Positions 1 to 17,337 of a stretch of DNA of 64,000 bases are shown piece after piece. This DNA is from an uncultured Actinomycetes bacterium (lineage in GTDB: Bacteria; Actinomycetota; Thermoleophilia; Gaiellales; Gaiellaceae). How positions within the stretch are numbered: position 1 is the stretch's first letter; every line of letters starts with the position of its first letter. The position numbers and the translations under genes are program-made. A model generated the notes under the pieces. The model had not been told where the DNA came from. It searched no databases and saw only the letters and a program-made list of their open reading frames with translations. Location of the stretch: assembly GCA_963708265.1 (NCBI GenBank), contig CAVPSC010000003.1, positions 22,857 to 86,856 on the forward strand, written 5' to 3'.

Positions 1-55
1 CTCGCGCAGGCGCGCGAGTGCACTCTCGGTCCACATCTCCGGCATCGAGTCGATA

Positions 56-976
56 ATGATACCCGTTCTCATGACCTGCTACCGTGCGGCCGCTATGCGA
101 GACCCGCGGCATGTCGTCTTCCTGCTCTCGGGGCTGGCGTCGCTCACGATCGCGGTCACGGGCTGCGGCGGCACCAGCGAGGCCGCGCGCCCCGGTCAGA
201 CGACGGTCGTGGCCGCGTTCTATCCGCTCGCGTGGGTGGCGCAGCGGGTCGGCGGCACGAGCGTCCACGTCACCGACCTCACGCCGCCCGGCGCCGAGCC
301 ACACGATGTCGAGCTCACACCAAAGGACGTCCAGGAGATCCGTGACGCCGACCTCGTCCTCTACCTCGGGCACGGCTTCCAGCCGTCGGTCGAGAAAGCC
401 GTCGAGAGCAGGACGGGGCCGTCGCTGGATCTCCTCGCCGGGCAGACGCTTCGGCCCGGTGCGGAGGGTGGCGAGGCTCTCGACCCGCACGTCTGGCTCG
501 ACCCGATCCGGCTCGCGACGATGGCGACAGCGGTCGGCCGCGCGCTCGGCCGGCCCGGGATGGCTGCCGCACTCTCCCGTCGTCTCCATCGCCTCGACGC
601 GCGCATGGCGGCGGGTCTCGCCTCGTGCCGTCGCCGACAGATCGTCACGAGCCACGCAGCCTTCGGCTACCTCGCGCGGCGCTACGACCTCGACCAGGTC
701 GCGCTCGGCGGGCTGACACCCGAGGCCGAGCCGCGTCCCCGAGATCTCGCTCGTCTCATCCACGAGGTCGAGCGGACGCACGCCACCACTGTCTTCTTCG
801 AGCCTCTCGTGTCATCGAGGATCGCGGACACGATCGCGCGAAATGCCGGCGTGAAGACCGCGGAGCTCGATCCGCTCGAGGGGCTCACCTCGCAGGAAGC
901 GGCCGAGGGAGAGGACTACGTCTCGATCATGGGCGAGAACCTCGGCGCGCTCCGGAAGGCGCTCGGATGCCGCTAG
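56..976 (+). CDS. Metal (Zn/Mn) ABC transporter substrate-binding lipoprotein, TroA/ZnuA family
   Basis: 306-aa track ORF. Signal peptide plus lipobox (LTIAVTGC). Family motifs AAFYPLAW, HDVELTP, DPHVWLDP. No His-rich loop, so metal specificity is unclear. Alternative start ATG 95. Confidence 0.85.
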   Translation: MIPVLMTCYRAAAMRDPRHVVFLLSGLASLTIAVTGCGGTSEAARPGQTTVVAAFYPLAWVAQRVGGTSVHVTDLTPPGAEPHDVELTPKDVQEIRDADLVLYLGHGFQPSVEKAVESRTGPSLDLLAGQTLRPGAEGGEALDPHVWLDPIRLATMATAVGRALGRPGMAAALSRRLHRLDARMAAGLASCRRRQIVTSHAAFGYLARRYDLDQVALGGLTPEAEPRPRDLARLIHEVERTHATTVFFEPLVSSRIADTIARNAGVKTAELDPLEGLTSQEAAEGEDYVSIMGENLGALRKALGCR

Positions 977-1689
977 CCGTCGAACTCCGGGACGTCACAT
1001 TCGGCTACCGGCCCGGGCAGCCCGTGCTCGAGGAGGTCTCGCTCCGGATCGGCGAAGGCGAGTTCGTCGCGATCGCCGGTCCGAACGGCGGCGGGAAGAC
1101 GACCCTCGTCAAGCTGATCGTCGGCCTCGAGCGGCCGACGACGGGAGAGACGCGTCTCTTCGGCGAGCCTGCGCAGCGCTTCTCGCGCCGGCGCGTCCTC
1201 GGCTATCTCGCCCAGCGGGCCGAGCTCGGAAGCGATGTGCCCGCGACGGTACGTGAGGCCGTCTCCGCGGGCAGGCTGCCGGGCCGGCTCGTCGGGCCGC
1301 TCAGGAAGCGGGATCGCGACCTCGTCAGCAATGCGATCGCGCGCGTCGGCCTGGGCGACGTGGCCGACTCGCCGCTCAGGACGCTCTCGGGGGGAATGCG
1401 GCAACGTGCCTTCATCGCCAAGGCACTCGCAGGCGAGCCGTCCCTGCTCGTGCTCGACGAGCCGACGACGGGAGTCGATGCGGAGTCGCAGGAGTCGCTC
1501 GCGGGCCTCCTGGACGAGCTCCACTCCGAGCTCGGCGTGACGATCCTCTACGTCTCTCACGAGTTCGGCGCGGTGGAGCGCTTCGTCCAGCGTCTCCTCC
1601 TCGTCCGGCGCACGATCGTCTTCGACGGCTCGCCCGACGACCTCCCCGGCGTCTGGCACGACCCGTCGCACACGCATGCTTCAGCTTGA
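967..1689 (+). CDS. Metal ABC transporter ATP-binding protein (ZnuC/MntA-like)
   Basis: In-frame ATG 967 inside track ORF 625..1689. Walker A GPNGGGKT, signature LSGGMRQR, Walker B LLVLDEP. Overlaps the upstream gene end by 10 nt. Confidence 0.85.
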   Translation: MPLAVELRDVTFGYRPGQPVLEEVSLRIGEGEFVAIAGPNGGGKTTLVKLIVGLERPTTGETRLFGEPAQRFSRRRVLGYLAQRAELGSDVPATVREAVSAGRLPGRLVGPLRKRDRDLVSNAIARVGLGDVADSPLRTLSGGMRQRAFIAKALAGEPSLLVLDEPTTGVDAESQESLAGLLDELHSELGVTILYVSHEFGAVERFVQRLLLVRRTIVFDGSPDDLPGVWHDPSHTHASA

Positions 1690-2473
1690 GTTCATGCGGT
1701 TGGCGCTCGTGGCCGCTGCGATCGTCGGCGTCCTGGCGCCGGCCGTGGGCTTCTTCCTCGTGCAGCGCCGCCAGTCGCTCGTCGGAGACGGGATCGGACA
1801 CGTCGCCTTTGCGGGCGTCGCGGCGGGCATCCTTTTCGGCGTCTCACCCATCCTGACCGCGCTCGTCGCGGCGGTGCTCGGCGGCATCGCGATCGAGCTG
1901 CTCCGCTCGCGCGGCGGCACTGCGGGTGACCAGGCGCTCGCGCTCGTCTTCTATACGGGTATTGCGCTCGGTGTCGTCCTCGTGTCGACCGCGGGTGAGC
2001 TGAACGTGAACTTGTTCCAGTACCTCTTCGGCTCGATCCTCACCGTGACGCGTGGCGACCTCGTGGTGATCGCCTCGCTCGGCGCTACCGGCCTCGCCGT
2101 GATCGCGCTCCTCTACCGACCCCTCGCGGGCACGGTCGTCGACGAGGAGGGTGCGCGGGTCGCCGGCGTGCCGATCGGTGCGTTGAACATCGTCGTCGCG
2201 GCGCTCGCAGCCGTCACCGTCGCGCTCTCGATGCGCGTCGTCGGGATCCTCCTCGTCGCCGCCCTCATGGTGCTCCCGGTGAGCGCGGCGGGCCGGATCG
2301 CATGGAGCATGCGCTCGGCCTTCCTTCTCGCGATCGCGATCGGGCTCGCGTCTTCGCTGGCCGGCGTGACCGTCTCCTATTACGCGAACCTGCCGCCGGG
2401 GGGGACCATCGTCCTCGTGGCTGCCGGAGTGTTCGCGGTCGCCGCGGCCGCCGGATCCGCCCGTCGGCGCTAG
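1676..2473 (+). CDS. Metal ABC transporter permease (ABC-3 family, ZnuB/MntB-like)
   Basis: 265-aa hydrophobic multi-TM ORF. Overlaps the ATPase stop. Third gene of a typical SBP-ATPase-permease operon. Confidence 0.85.
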   Translation: MLQLEFMRLALVAAAIVGVLAPAVGFFLVQRRQSLVGDGIGHVAFAGVAAGILFGVSPILTALVAAVLGGIAIELLRSRGGTAGDQALALVFYTGIALGVVLVSTAGELNVNLFQYLFGSILTVTRGDLVVIASLGATGLAVIALLYRPLAGTVVDEEGARVAGVPIGALNIVVAALAAVTVALSMRVVGILLVAALMVLPVSAAGRIAWSMRSAFLLAIAIGLASSLAGVTVSYYANLPPGGTIVLVAAGVFAVAAAAGSARRR

Positions 2474-3072
2474 GCGGCGACGAGCGAAGCCGCGTCGACG
2501 CCCGCCTCGTGGCAGGCGCGGCAGCGCGCCTCGTACTGCTCCTCGGCGCCGACCACGACGGTTTCTCCCGAGTAGGGAGCGGGCCGTCGGTCGACGAGCC
2601 GCTGCGTCGTCGTCGCCGGACCGCCGCAGCGGTGGCAGACGGCCTGGAGCTTGTCTACGAACTCGGCGTGCGAGAGCAGGTCCGGCAGCGGCCCGAACGG
2701 GAGGCGCCGGAAGTCCTGGTCGAGCCCGGCAACGACGACACGCGCGCCGATGTCCGCGAGGTCGAGCGCGGCCGGGACGATCGCCGAGTCGAAGAACTGG
2801 ACTTCGTCGATGCCGACGACCTCGAATCCCTGCGCCCGTGCCCTGACCTCCGCTACGGACGAGACCGGGACGGCGTGCATCCGCACGCCCGCGTGGCTCA
2901 CGACGTCCGTCGTGTCGTAGCGGTCGTCGATGACGGGCTTGAAGATGATCGTGCTCTGACCCGCGATCTCGGCCCGCCGGAGCCGCCGGATCATCTCCTC
3001 GCTCTTGCCGCTGAACATCGGGCCGCAGATGACCTCGAGCCAGCCTCCTCGGCGCGGGGGGATCCGGATCAC
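2470..3072 (-). CDS. tdk: Thymidine kinase
   Basis: 200 aa. P-loop GPMFSGKSEE, VIGIDEVQFF, C-terminal Cys pairs (CHRCG...CRACH). GTG start. Confidence 0.9.
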   Translation of the reverse strand: MIRIPPRRGGWLEVICGPMFSGKSEEMIRRLRRAEIAGQSTIIFKPVIDDRYDTTDVVSHAGVRMHAVPVSSVAEVRARAQGFEVVGIDEVQFFDSAIVPAALDLADIGARVVVAGLDQDFRRLPFGPLPDLLSHAEFVDKLQAVCHRCGGPATTTQRLVDRRPAPYSGETVVVGAEEQYEARCRACHEAGVDAASLVAA

Positions 3073-3133
3073 GCCGCGATCCTAGTGGCGCGATCGGCGG
3101 GCGCTCGGACCCGCGAAAGCGGCTCCGCGGCGC

Positions 3134-3142
3134 TGCTACACT
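3134..3142 (+). promoter_or_regulatory. Candidate extended -10 promoter (TGCTACACT) for tRNA-Met
   Basis: TGnTAnnnT motif ends 11 nt upstream of the mature tRNA 5' end. No convincing -35. Confidence 0.3.
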
Positions 3143-3153
3143 CTCCCGCGCGC

Positions 3154-3227
3154 GGCGGCGTAGCTCAGCTGGTTAGAGCGCCGGACTCATAACCCGGAGG
3201 TCGGTGGTTCAAGTCCACCCGCCGCTA
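3154..3227 (+). tRNA. tRNA-Met (anticodon CAT), elongator-like; no encoded CCA
   Basis: Manual cloverleaf: acceptor GGCGGCG/CGCCGCT, D arm GCTC-AGCTGGTTA-GAGC, anticodon loop CTCATAA, T arm GGTGG-TTCAAGT-CCACC. A CAT anticodon could formally also be tRNA-Ile(lysidine). Confidence 0.85.
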
Positions 3228-3284
3228 CTGACGCGCCCTATTCTCTTGTACGTCTCTCGCAAGTCCCGACGAACCAGGTAGACA

Positions 3285-3446
3285 ATGGCAACCGGAACCC
3301 GAGTCGCGATCACGCTCGCATGCACTGAGTGCAAGCGGCGGAACTACCAGACGCAGAAGTCGAAGCGGAACTCGCCCGACCGCGTCGAGTTCCGGAAGTA
3401 CTGTCGCTGGTGCGGCCGACACACGGCGCACCGGGAGACGAGGTAG
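3285..3446 (+). CDS. rpmG: 50S ribosomal protein L33 (zinc-ribbon form)
   Basis: Below the ORF-track cut-off. ATG 3285 to TAG 3446 gives 53 aa [53 protein letters not shown], with CxxC...CxxC. Sits in the canonical position before secE. Confidence 0.9.
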   Translation: MATGTRVAITLACTECKRRNYQTQKSKRNSPDRVEFRKYCRWCGRHTAHRETR

Positions 3447-3448
3447 GC

Positions 3449-3769
3449 ATGGCCCGGGAGACTCGGAGACAGCGCAGGGCAGCGCGCGCAGCCGCGAGCG
3501 ACGGCGCGACCTCGAGTCGCCGCAGTCGCGCGGCGCAGGTCCGCCCCTCGCAGCAGCCCGTCAAGCAGCAGACGGGCCGCACAGCCACGCAACCGCGCGG
3601 CCAGTTCGTCCGTGAGTCGTACGCCGAGCTCAAGAAGGTCGACTGGCCGAGCCGCCGTCAGACGTTCCAGGGCGTCGCGGTCGTCATCATCGCGTGCACG
3701 ATCGTGGGCTTCTATCTCTGGGGCCTCGACCAGGTGCTGCGCCCGCTCGTCGATCGCGTCTTCCTCTAG
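3449..3769 (+). CDS. secE: Preprotein translocase subunit SecE
   Basis: In-frame ATG 3449 of track ORF 3329..3769. Basic N-terminal region then ELKKVDWPSRRQ plus a single TM helix. Lies between rpmG and nusG. Confidence 0.85.
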   Translation: MARETRRQRRAARAAASDGATSSRRSRAAQVRPSQQPVKQQTGRTATQPRGQFVRESYAELKKVDWPSRRQTFQGVAVVIIACTIVGFYLWGLDQVLRPLVDRVFL

Positions 3770-3781
3770 GGGATCTCGAAC

Positions 3782-4315
3782 ATGTTCCAGTGGTACGTCG
3801 TCAACACCTACTCCGGGCACGAGAACAAGGTCAAGGCCAACCTCGAGCACCGGATCGTCTCTATGGGCCAGGGGCCGAGCTTCCGACGCGTCGTCGTCCC
3901 GACCGAGCAGGTGATCGAGACGAAGGACGGCCAGAAGGTCCAGGCCGAGAAGCGCGTGCTGCCGGGCTACGTCCTCGTGAACATGAACATGTCGGACGAG
4001 GCGTGGACGGTCGTGAAGGGAACGCCGGGAGTCACCGGGTTCGTCGGCGCCGGCGCGAAGCCCGTCCCGCTGTCGCAGCCCGAGGTCGACCGCATCCTCC
4101 ACCATGGCGCGCCGGTGGCCGGCCAGGCGCCGAAGACACAGGTCGAGTTCTCGCTCGGCGAGTCGGTCAAGGTCACATCCGGGCCGCTCTCGGACTTCGA
4201 CGGCGAGATCGTGGACGTGAACGCCGACCAGCAGAAGCTCAAGGTGCTCGTCGACATCTTCGAGCGCCAGGTGCCCGTCGAGCTCAGCTTCGACCAGGTG
4301 AAGAAGATCGACTGA
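3782..4315 (+). CDS. nusG: Transcription termination/antitermination factor NusG
   Basis: 177 aa. N-terminal WYVVNTYSGHENKVK and a C-terminal KOW region. Confidence 0.95.
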   Translation: MFQWYVVNTYSGHENKVKANLEHRIVSMGQGPSFRRVVVPTEQVIETKDGQKVQAEKRVLPGYVLVNMNMSDEAWTVVKGTPGVTGFVGAGAKPVPLSQPEVDRILHHGAPVAGQAPKTQVEFSLGESVKVTSGPLSDFDGEIVDVNADQQKLKVLVDIFERQVPVELSFDQVKKID

Positions 4316-4342
4316 CGGCCCAGCTTAGGTGCCTTAGCAACC

Positions 4343-4768
4343 ATGCCCAAGAAGATCCTCACTCTCATCAAGCTCCAGATCCCCGGTGGGCAAGCGAACC
4401 CGGCGCCGCCGGTCGGTCCCGCCCTCGGCCAGCACGGCGTCAACATCATGGAGTTCTGCAAGGCATTCAACGCGCAGACCGCACAAGAGAACGGTCGCAT
4501 CATCCCGGTCGAGATCACGGTCTTCGAGGATCGCTCGTTCACCTTCATCACGAAGACGCCCCCGGCCGCGGTGCTGATCAAGGAGGCGCTGAGCCTCGAG
4601 TCGGGATCGGGCGAGCCGAACCGCAACAAGGTCGGACGCCTCACGGAGGCCCAGCTCCGCTCGATCGCCGAGACGAAGATGACCGATCTCAACGCCCGCG
4701 ACGTCGAGCAGGCGATGAAGGTCATCGCCGGCACCGCGCGCTCGATGGGCGTGGAGACGGACGTATGA
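4343..4768 (+). CDS. rplK: 50S ribosomal protein L11
   Basis: 141 aa. [34 protein letters not shown]. Confidence 0.97.
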   Translation: MPKKILTLIKLQIPGGQANPAPPVGPALGQHGVNIMEFCKAFNAQTAQENGRIIPVEITVFEDRSFTFITKTPPAAVLIKEALSLESGSGEPNRNKVGRLTEAQLRSIAETKMTDLNARDVEQAMKVIAGTARSMGVETDV

Positions 4769-4883
4769 CTCTCGCGTCGATCGCCGCCGCCGGCCGGGCC
4801 AGCGGCCGCTTCGGGAATCTTCGCGATCTCCGGTCTGCTCTTGCAGACTCGCGACTTGCGGGCGATTTGGAGGTGGAAACGCC

Positions 4884-5642
4884 GTGAGCGCCCACGGGAA
4901 GCGATACCGGGCCGCCCGCGAGGCGATCGACCGCGAGACCGCGTACACGCCGCTCGAGGCGGTCAGGCTCCTCAGGGGCTCCGAGGGCGCGAAGTTCGAC
5001 GAGACGGTCGAGGCTCACTTCCGCCTCGGGCTGAACGTGCGCCACGCGGACCAGCAGCTCCGCGGCACGATCATGCTTCCACACGGGATCGGCAAGGACG
5101 TCCGCGTAGCGGTCTTCGCGGAGGGCGAGAAGGCCCGAGAGGCCGAGGTTGCCGGCGCGAACGTGGTCGGAGCGGCCGACCTCGCCGCGAAGATCGAAGA
5201 AGGGTTCATCGATTTCGACGTCGCGATCGCGACACCCGACCAGATGGGCGTCGTCGGCAAGCTCGGGCGGGTGCTCGGTCCGCGGGGGCTGATGCCGAAC
5301 CCGAAGACCGGGACGGTCACGTTCGACGTGGGCAAGGCTGTCCAGGACGCCAAGGCCGGCAAGCTCGAGTACCGAACCGATCGCGGCGGCAACGTGCACC
5401 TACCGATCGGCAAGCGGAGCTTCGGCGAGCAGGCGCTCCTCGAGAACTACGCAGCGCTCGTCGAGGAGATCGTCCGCGCGAGGCCCTCGGCAGCCAAGGG
5501 CCGCTACATCAAGCAGATCACACTCTCGACGACCATGGGTCCCGGTATCCACGTCGATCCGACCAAGACACGCGACATCGCCGACGAGCTCGGCGCCGCA
5601 CTCGCGGTCGCCGACGCGGCGAAGGAGACCGCTACCGTCTAG
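4884..5642 (+). CDS. rplA: 50S ribosomal protein L1
   Basis: 252 aa, GTG start. [24 protein letters not shown]. Confidence 0.95.
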   Translation: MSAHGKRYRAAREAIDRETAYTPLEAVRLLRGSEGAKFDETVEAHFRLGLNVRHADQQLRGTIMLPHGIGKDVRVAVFAEGEKAREAEVAGANVVGAADLAAKIEEGFIDFDVAIATPDQMGVVGKLGRVLGPRGLMPNPKTGTVTFDVGKAVQDAKAGKLEYRTDRGGNVHLPIGKRSFGEQALLENYAALVEEIVRARPSAAKGRYIKQITLSTTMGPGIHVDPTKTRDIADELGAALAVADAAKETATV

Positions 5643-5797
5643 CTCTCACCACACGCACCGCCCGAGACCGCTGGCAGCCCCTGGACGACGAGCAGAGGGG
5701 CGGAGGTCCAGCCGAGGTGGAATCCGCACGCGAGCGCGACGCTTGCCTGCAGGGGACCCGCCTCGCGCGGGTTTCGTCGTTTCCAAGGAGATCTCAA
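5643..5797 (+). promoter_or_regulatory. Candidate L10 (rplJ) leader with 3' attenuator-like hairpin
   Basis: 155-nt spacer before rplJ. Hairpins at 5677-5701 (GCCCCT...AGGGGC) and 5754-5774 (GGACCCGC-ctcgc-GCGGGTTT), followed by a T-rich tract and SD AAGGAG. Position matches the known rplJL leader class. Confidence 0.4.
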
Positions 5798-6553
5798 ATG
5801 CAGAGAACAGACAAGGAACAGATCGTCGCCGACCTCGCCGAGCAGCTCGGGTCGACCGACGCGCTCATCGTCGCCGACTACCGCGGCCTGACGAACAAGC
5901 AACTCGAGTCGCTCCGCGACGAGCTGCTGCGGCACGGCGCCCGCTTTCGCATCGTCAAGAACACGCTCACGCGCCGCGCAGCCGAGAGGGCCGGAGCCGA
6001 CGCCCTCCTCGTCATGCTCGAAGGGCCCACCGCGATCGCGTTCATCGAGTCCGGCGGCGACCCGGCTGCGGTCGCGAAGGCGCTCTCGACGACCGCACGC
6101 GAGACCCATGTCCTCGCGCTCCGCGGTGGCATCCTCGAGGGCAAGACCGTCTCGGGCGAGGAGCTCGAGATCCTCGCACAGCTGCCGTCGGCCGAGGTTC
6201 TCCGCAGCCAGCTCGTCGGTGCGATCGTCGCCCCGCTGACGCAGCTCTTGGCACTCGTCGCTGCGCCACTCCGCGACCTTCACGGTCTCGTCGAGGCAAG
6301 GATCCGCCAGCTCGAGGAGCAGGGCGAGGTCGCGTCTGCCGACGCCGAGACGACGCGGGAGGAGACCGAGACGGTCGCCGAGGTGCCGCCCGCGCCAGCC
6401 GAGGACGGCGGCGAGGCGGACGAAATCGAAGACGTGCCCGAGGCGCCGGCCGCGGCCGAGCCGGAGGGCGAGCAGGAAGCGGCGCGCGAAGACCCCGGCG
6501 CCGAGACCCAGACCGAAGAGGAAGCAAAGGAGGAGAAGTCGGATGGCGACTGA
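5798..6553 (+). CDS. rplJ: 50S ribosomal protein L10 with ~75-aa acidic C-terminal tail
   Basis: In-frame ATG 5798 of track ORF 4841..6553, preceded by [23 protein letters not shown]...[10 protein letters not shown]. 251 aa. Confidence 0.92.
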   Translation: MQRTDKEQIVADLAEQLGSTDALIVADYRGLTNKQLESLRDELLRHGARFRIVKNTLTRRAAERAGADALLVMLEGPTAIAFIESGGDPAAVAKALSTTARETHVLALRGGILEGKTVSGEELEILAQLPSAEVLRSQLVGAIVAPLTQLLALVAAPLRDLHGLVEARIRQLEEQGEVASADAETTREETETVAEVPPAPAEDGGEADEIEDVPEAPAAAEPEGEQEAAREDPGAETQTEEEAKEEKSDGD

Positions 6554-6932
6554 CGTCAAGAAGGTGCTCGACACGCTCGGAGGCATGTCCGTGCTCGAGC
6601 TCGTCGAGCTGAAGAACGCGATCGAGGAGGAGTGGGGGGTCACGGCCGCGGTTCCGGTTGCGGTCGCGGCCGCAACCGGGGCGGGTGCCGGCGACGGCGC
6701 CGGCGCGGCCGAGGAAGAGAAGGACTCCTTCGACGTCGTCATCACGGCGGCGGGCGACAAGAAGATCCAGGTGATCAAGGTCGTGCGCGCCGTGACTGGA
6801 CTCGGCCTGAAGGAGGCGAAGGACCTCGTCGACGGAGCCCCTGCCAACGTGAAGGATGGTGTCCCCAAGGACGAGGCGGAGTCCGTCAAGGCTCAGCTCG
6901 AAGAAGCTGGAGCGAGCGTCGAGCTGAAGTAG
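6543..6932 (+). CDS. rplL: 50S ribosomal protein L7/L12
   Basis: 129 aa. Ala/Gly hinge and C-terminal [22 protein letters not shown]. Start overlaps the rplJ 3' end by 11 nt. Confidence 0.97.
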   Translation: MATDVKKVLDTLGGMSVLELVELKNAIEEEWGVTAAVPVAVAAATGAGAGDGAGAAEEEKDSFDVVITAAGDKKIQVIKVVRAVTGLGLKEAKDLVDGAPANVKDGVPKDEAESVKAQLEEAGASVELK

Positions 6933-7020
6933 GCGGACCTGCGGATAGCGCGAGGCGAAAGCCGATCGCACCTTTCGGCGCCGAGCTCGAAGAGGCCGAC
7001 ATCGAGTCGGAGTCGGCGAG

Positions 7021-7048
7021 AGGGCGTGGCTAGGAGCAGCCGCGCCCT
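7021..7048 (+). terminator. rplL-rpoB intergenic hairpin (possible partial terminator/attenuator)
   Basis: AGGGCGTGGCT-aggagc-AGCCGCGCCCT, an 11-bp stem with one G.U pair. No clear U-tract. Same location as the known attenuator in other bacteria. Confidence 0.35.
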
Positions 7049-7087
7049 TCAGCCTGTCGCTCCGGAGGGAGGAAGCTGGGCGGCCTT

Positions 7088-7096
7088 TGCTATCCT
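7088..7096 (+). promoter_or_regulatory. Candidate extended -10 promoter (TGCTATCCT) upstream of rpoB
   Basis: TGnTAnnnT motif. A second GCTATCCT lies at 7150-7157. Shares CTTTGCTA with the rpsL candidate. Confidence 0.3.
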
Positions 7097-7227
7097 GGGC
7101 GGTCGCATCCCATCCGCTTCCGCGCGGTTGCGGGAGGATGCGCTCGTGCGCTATCCTCCGTGGTTCCGCCGAGGCTTCGCCCGTCCAACCCTGCACGCAC
7201 TCGAGCACCTAAGGGAGGCTGTCACAT

Positions 7228-10839
<3,612 letters not shown>

Positions 10840-10882
10840 CGGGAACCAGGGTTACGACCACAGGAAAGAGGCGCTAGGACAC

Positions 10883-15433
<4,551 letters not shown>

Positions 15434-15443
15434 CAGGGTAATC

Positions 15444-15469
15444 GTCTGGGCCGGGAACCCGGCCCAGAC
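15444..15469 (+). terminator. Stem-loop terminator candidate after rpoC
   Basis: Perfect palindrome GTCTGGGCCGGG-aa-CCCGGCCCAGAC starting 11 nt after the rpoC stop. No U-tract. Confidence 0.5.
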
Positions 15470-15495
15470 ACCTTCCTAACGAGTTTCTGGTACCT

Positions 15496-17301
15496 GTGAC
15501 CGGCGTGCGCCGGCTGCTCCTCCCCTCTCTTCTCGCCTGCCTCATCGCTCCCCTCGCCTTCCCGGCGTCGAGAGGAGCGGCGGCGCCGATCTCGTGCGGT
15601 CTCCCCGACACGCAGCCGGCGTGGATCGACTTCGCCGACGGCTCGGTCTCGTTTTGGCGCGATCGCTTTGCGCGACCCGGCGTCATCGTGGCGACGGGCG
15701 GCCCGCAGCTCGCCGCCGACGTGCGACGGGCGGGGGCCGCGACGGTCGACTGGGACATGTATCTCCGCAAGCGAGTCGGCACGCCGTCGGCGCCGGCGGA
15801 CCCCTCGCTGATCGAGAAGCGCGCGGACTCGCTCTTCGACTACGCCGTGACGGTCTCGGGCTGCCAGCGGCCGCTGATCGCGCTCAACGAGTTGTGGGGG
15901 GCGTCGGTGCCCACGCCGTGGACCCAGACGACGGAGGCGTATCGCCAGAACGTGCTGCAGTTCGTCAGCCGGCTCGCCGCCCGGGGCGGCCGGCCGGCTG
16001 TGCTCGTCTCGAGTACTCCTTTCACCGGTGGTGACGCCACGGCCTGGTGGCAGGCGCTCGCGAAGGTCTCCGACGTCGTCCTCGAGAACTACTCGAACGC
16101 GAACGTCATCTGGAAGCAGGGAGTCGTCAACGGCTCGCGGAGCCTCCGGACCCGGTATCGGTCCTCGGCCGCGAAGCTGCTCGCGATCGGCGTTCCTGCA
16201 TCGCGGATCGGCCTGATGATCGGCTTCCAGACGGGCACCGGGGTCGGGGGGCGCGAGGGGCTGCAGCCACGGAGCCGCTGGTTCGAGGTGGCGAAGCTGC
16301 AGGCGTTCGCCGCAGCGACCGTCGCGAAGGAGCTCAAGCTGGCCCACGTCTGGTCCTGGGGCTGGGCGATGCGTGACGCACGCTCGATCGACCCGGACAA
16401 GACCTATGCCGCCTGTGTCTGGCTCTGGGCGAGATCGCCGAGACTGTGCGACGCGCCTGCGCTCCTCGGCAAGGAGCTGGACGCCGATCGAACGGCCGGT
16501 CAGATCGACCTCGCGGCGGGGATCCGCTGCATGTACAAGGGCGTGGCGCTGCGGTCGCCCGACGTCGGCGCGCTGGCCCGGACGACCGGAGACGGGGAGC
16601 TCGCGATGACCGCGCTCGTCGAGCGCGCGCTCGAGCGTGAGCAGACGGATGTCTCGAACGCGGACATCCTCGCGGTCGAGAAGAACATCGTCGCGTCCCG
16701 CTTCGGCGGGAGCCGGAGTGCGTACGGCGCGGCGCTCGCTCGCGCCCACACGAGCGTGGCCGTCGCGCGCGGCATCATCGGCGACGAGCTCAGGAGCAGT
16801 GAGATCGAGCGGAGGCTGTCGGTGAAGGCGCCGTCGCCGAGCGAGATCGCTCGCTTCGGACTCACGTACGGCGCGGTCGACGCTCGCCTCGTCACGGTCT
16901 CGCCCGCGCCGACCTGGCTTCACGCGGAAACGGGGGTCGCCCTCGCAACCTCGGCCCCGGCTGCGGTCTTCACGGCACCAACCGGCCGCGCCGCCCGGAT
17001 CACGACCGCCGAGGGGCGTTTCACCCTCCGCGCGCTCGACGACACGATGCCTCTCGACGGGCTCCCGCCCGCGCTGGCGCGCCCCGCGATCGTCCACGAG
17101 CTCGTCGGGCAGGCGCGTGATGACGCCTACGCGACGTGGGCGCTGCAGAAGCAGAAGGCGGCGGAAAGCCTCCTCGTCTGCTCGCGCGACCGTCTCCCCG
17201 AGATCGGCCTGCCCGCGCTCGCGAGCTTCGTTCCGTTCCTCTCGCTGGACGAGGCCGAGGCGGGGCAGTGGGCGGAGTCGCGCACGTCCGGCGCTGGCTG
17301 A
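15496..17301 (+). CDS. Secreted hypothetical protein (601 aa)
   Basis: GTG start. Signal peptide MTGVRRLLLPSLLACLIAPLAFPASRGAAA. High GC3 in this frame, while the antisense 711-aa ORF is Arg/Gly-rich. No domain I can name with confidence. Confidence 0.7.
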   Translation: MTGVRRLLLPSLLACLIAPLAFPASRGAAAPISCGLPDTQPAWIDFADGSVSFWRDRFARPGVIVATGGPQLAADVRRAGAATVDWDMYLRKRVGTPSAPADPSLIEKRADSLFDYAVTVSGCQRPLIALNELWGASVPTPWTQTTEAYRQNVLQFVSRLAARGGRPAVLVSSTPFTGGDATAWWQALAKVSDVVLENYSNANVIWKQGVVNGSRSLRTRYRSSAAKLLAIGVPASRIGLMIGFQTGTGVGGREGLQPRSRWFEVAKLQAFAAATVAKELKLAHVWSWGWAMRDARSIDPDKTYAACVWLWARSPRLCDAPALLGKELDADRTAGQIDLAAGIRCMYKGVALRSPDVGALARTTGDGELAMTALVERALEREQTDVSNADILAVEKNIVASRFGGSRSAYGAALARAHTSVAVARGIIGDELRSSEIERRLSVKAPSPSEIARFGLTYGAVDARLVTVSPAPTWLHAETGVALATSAPAAVFTAPTGRAARITTAEGRFTLRALDDTMPLDGLPPALARPAIVHELVGQARDDAYATWALQKQKAAESLLVCSRDRLPEIGLPALASFVPFLSLDEAEAGQWAESRTSGAG

Positions 17302-17337
17302 GTCGGCGTTCGAGTTAGGTCGAGCGCCGCCGGCGAA

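Noticed and set aside
1-45. Minus-strand partial ORF (MPEMWTESALARLRE...) possibly encoding a Fur/Zur-family regulator.
   Set aside because: Only 15 codons lie in the window, which is too short to support any call. It is mentioned only as context for the Zur-like box.
4769-4883. 115-nt rplK-rplA spacer with hairpin CGCGA...GTCTGC-tctt-GCAGAC-TCGCG, considered as an L1 autoregulatory mimic.
   Set aside because: I cannot recognise the 23S-like L1 binding determinants from sequence alone. Evidence is limited to one hairpin.
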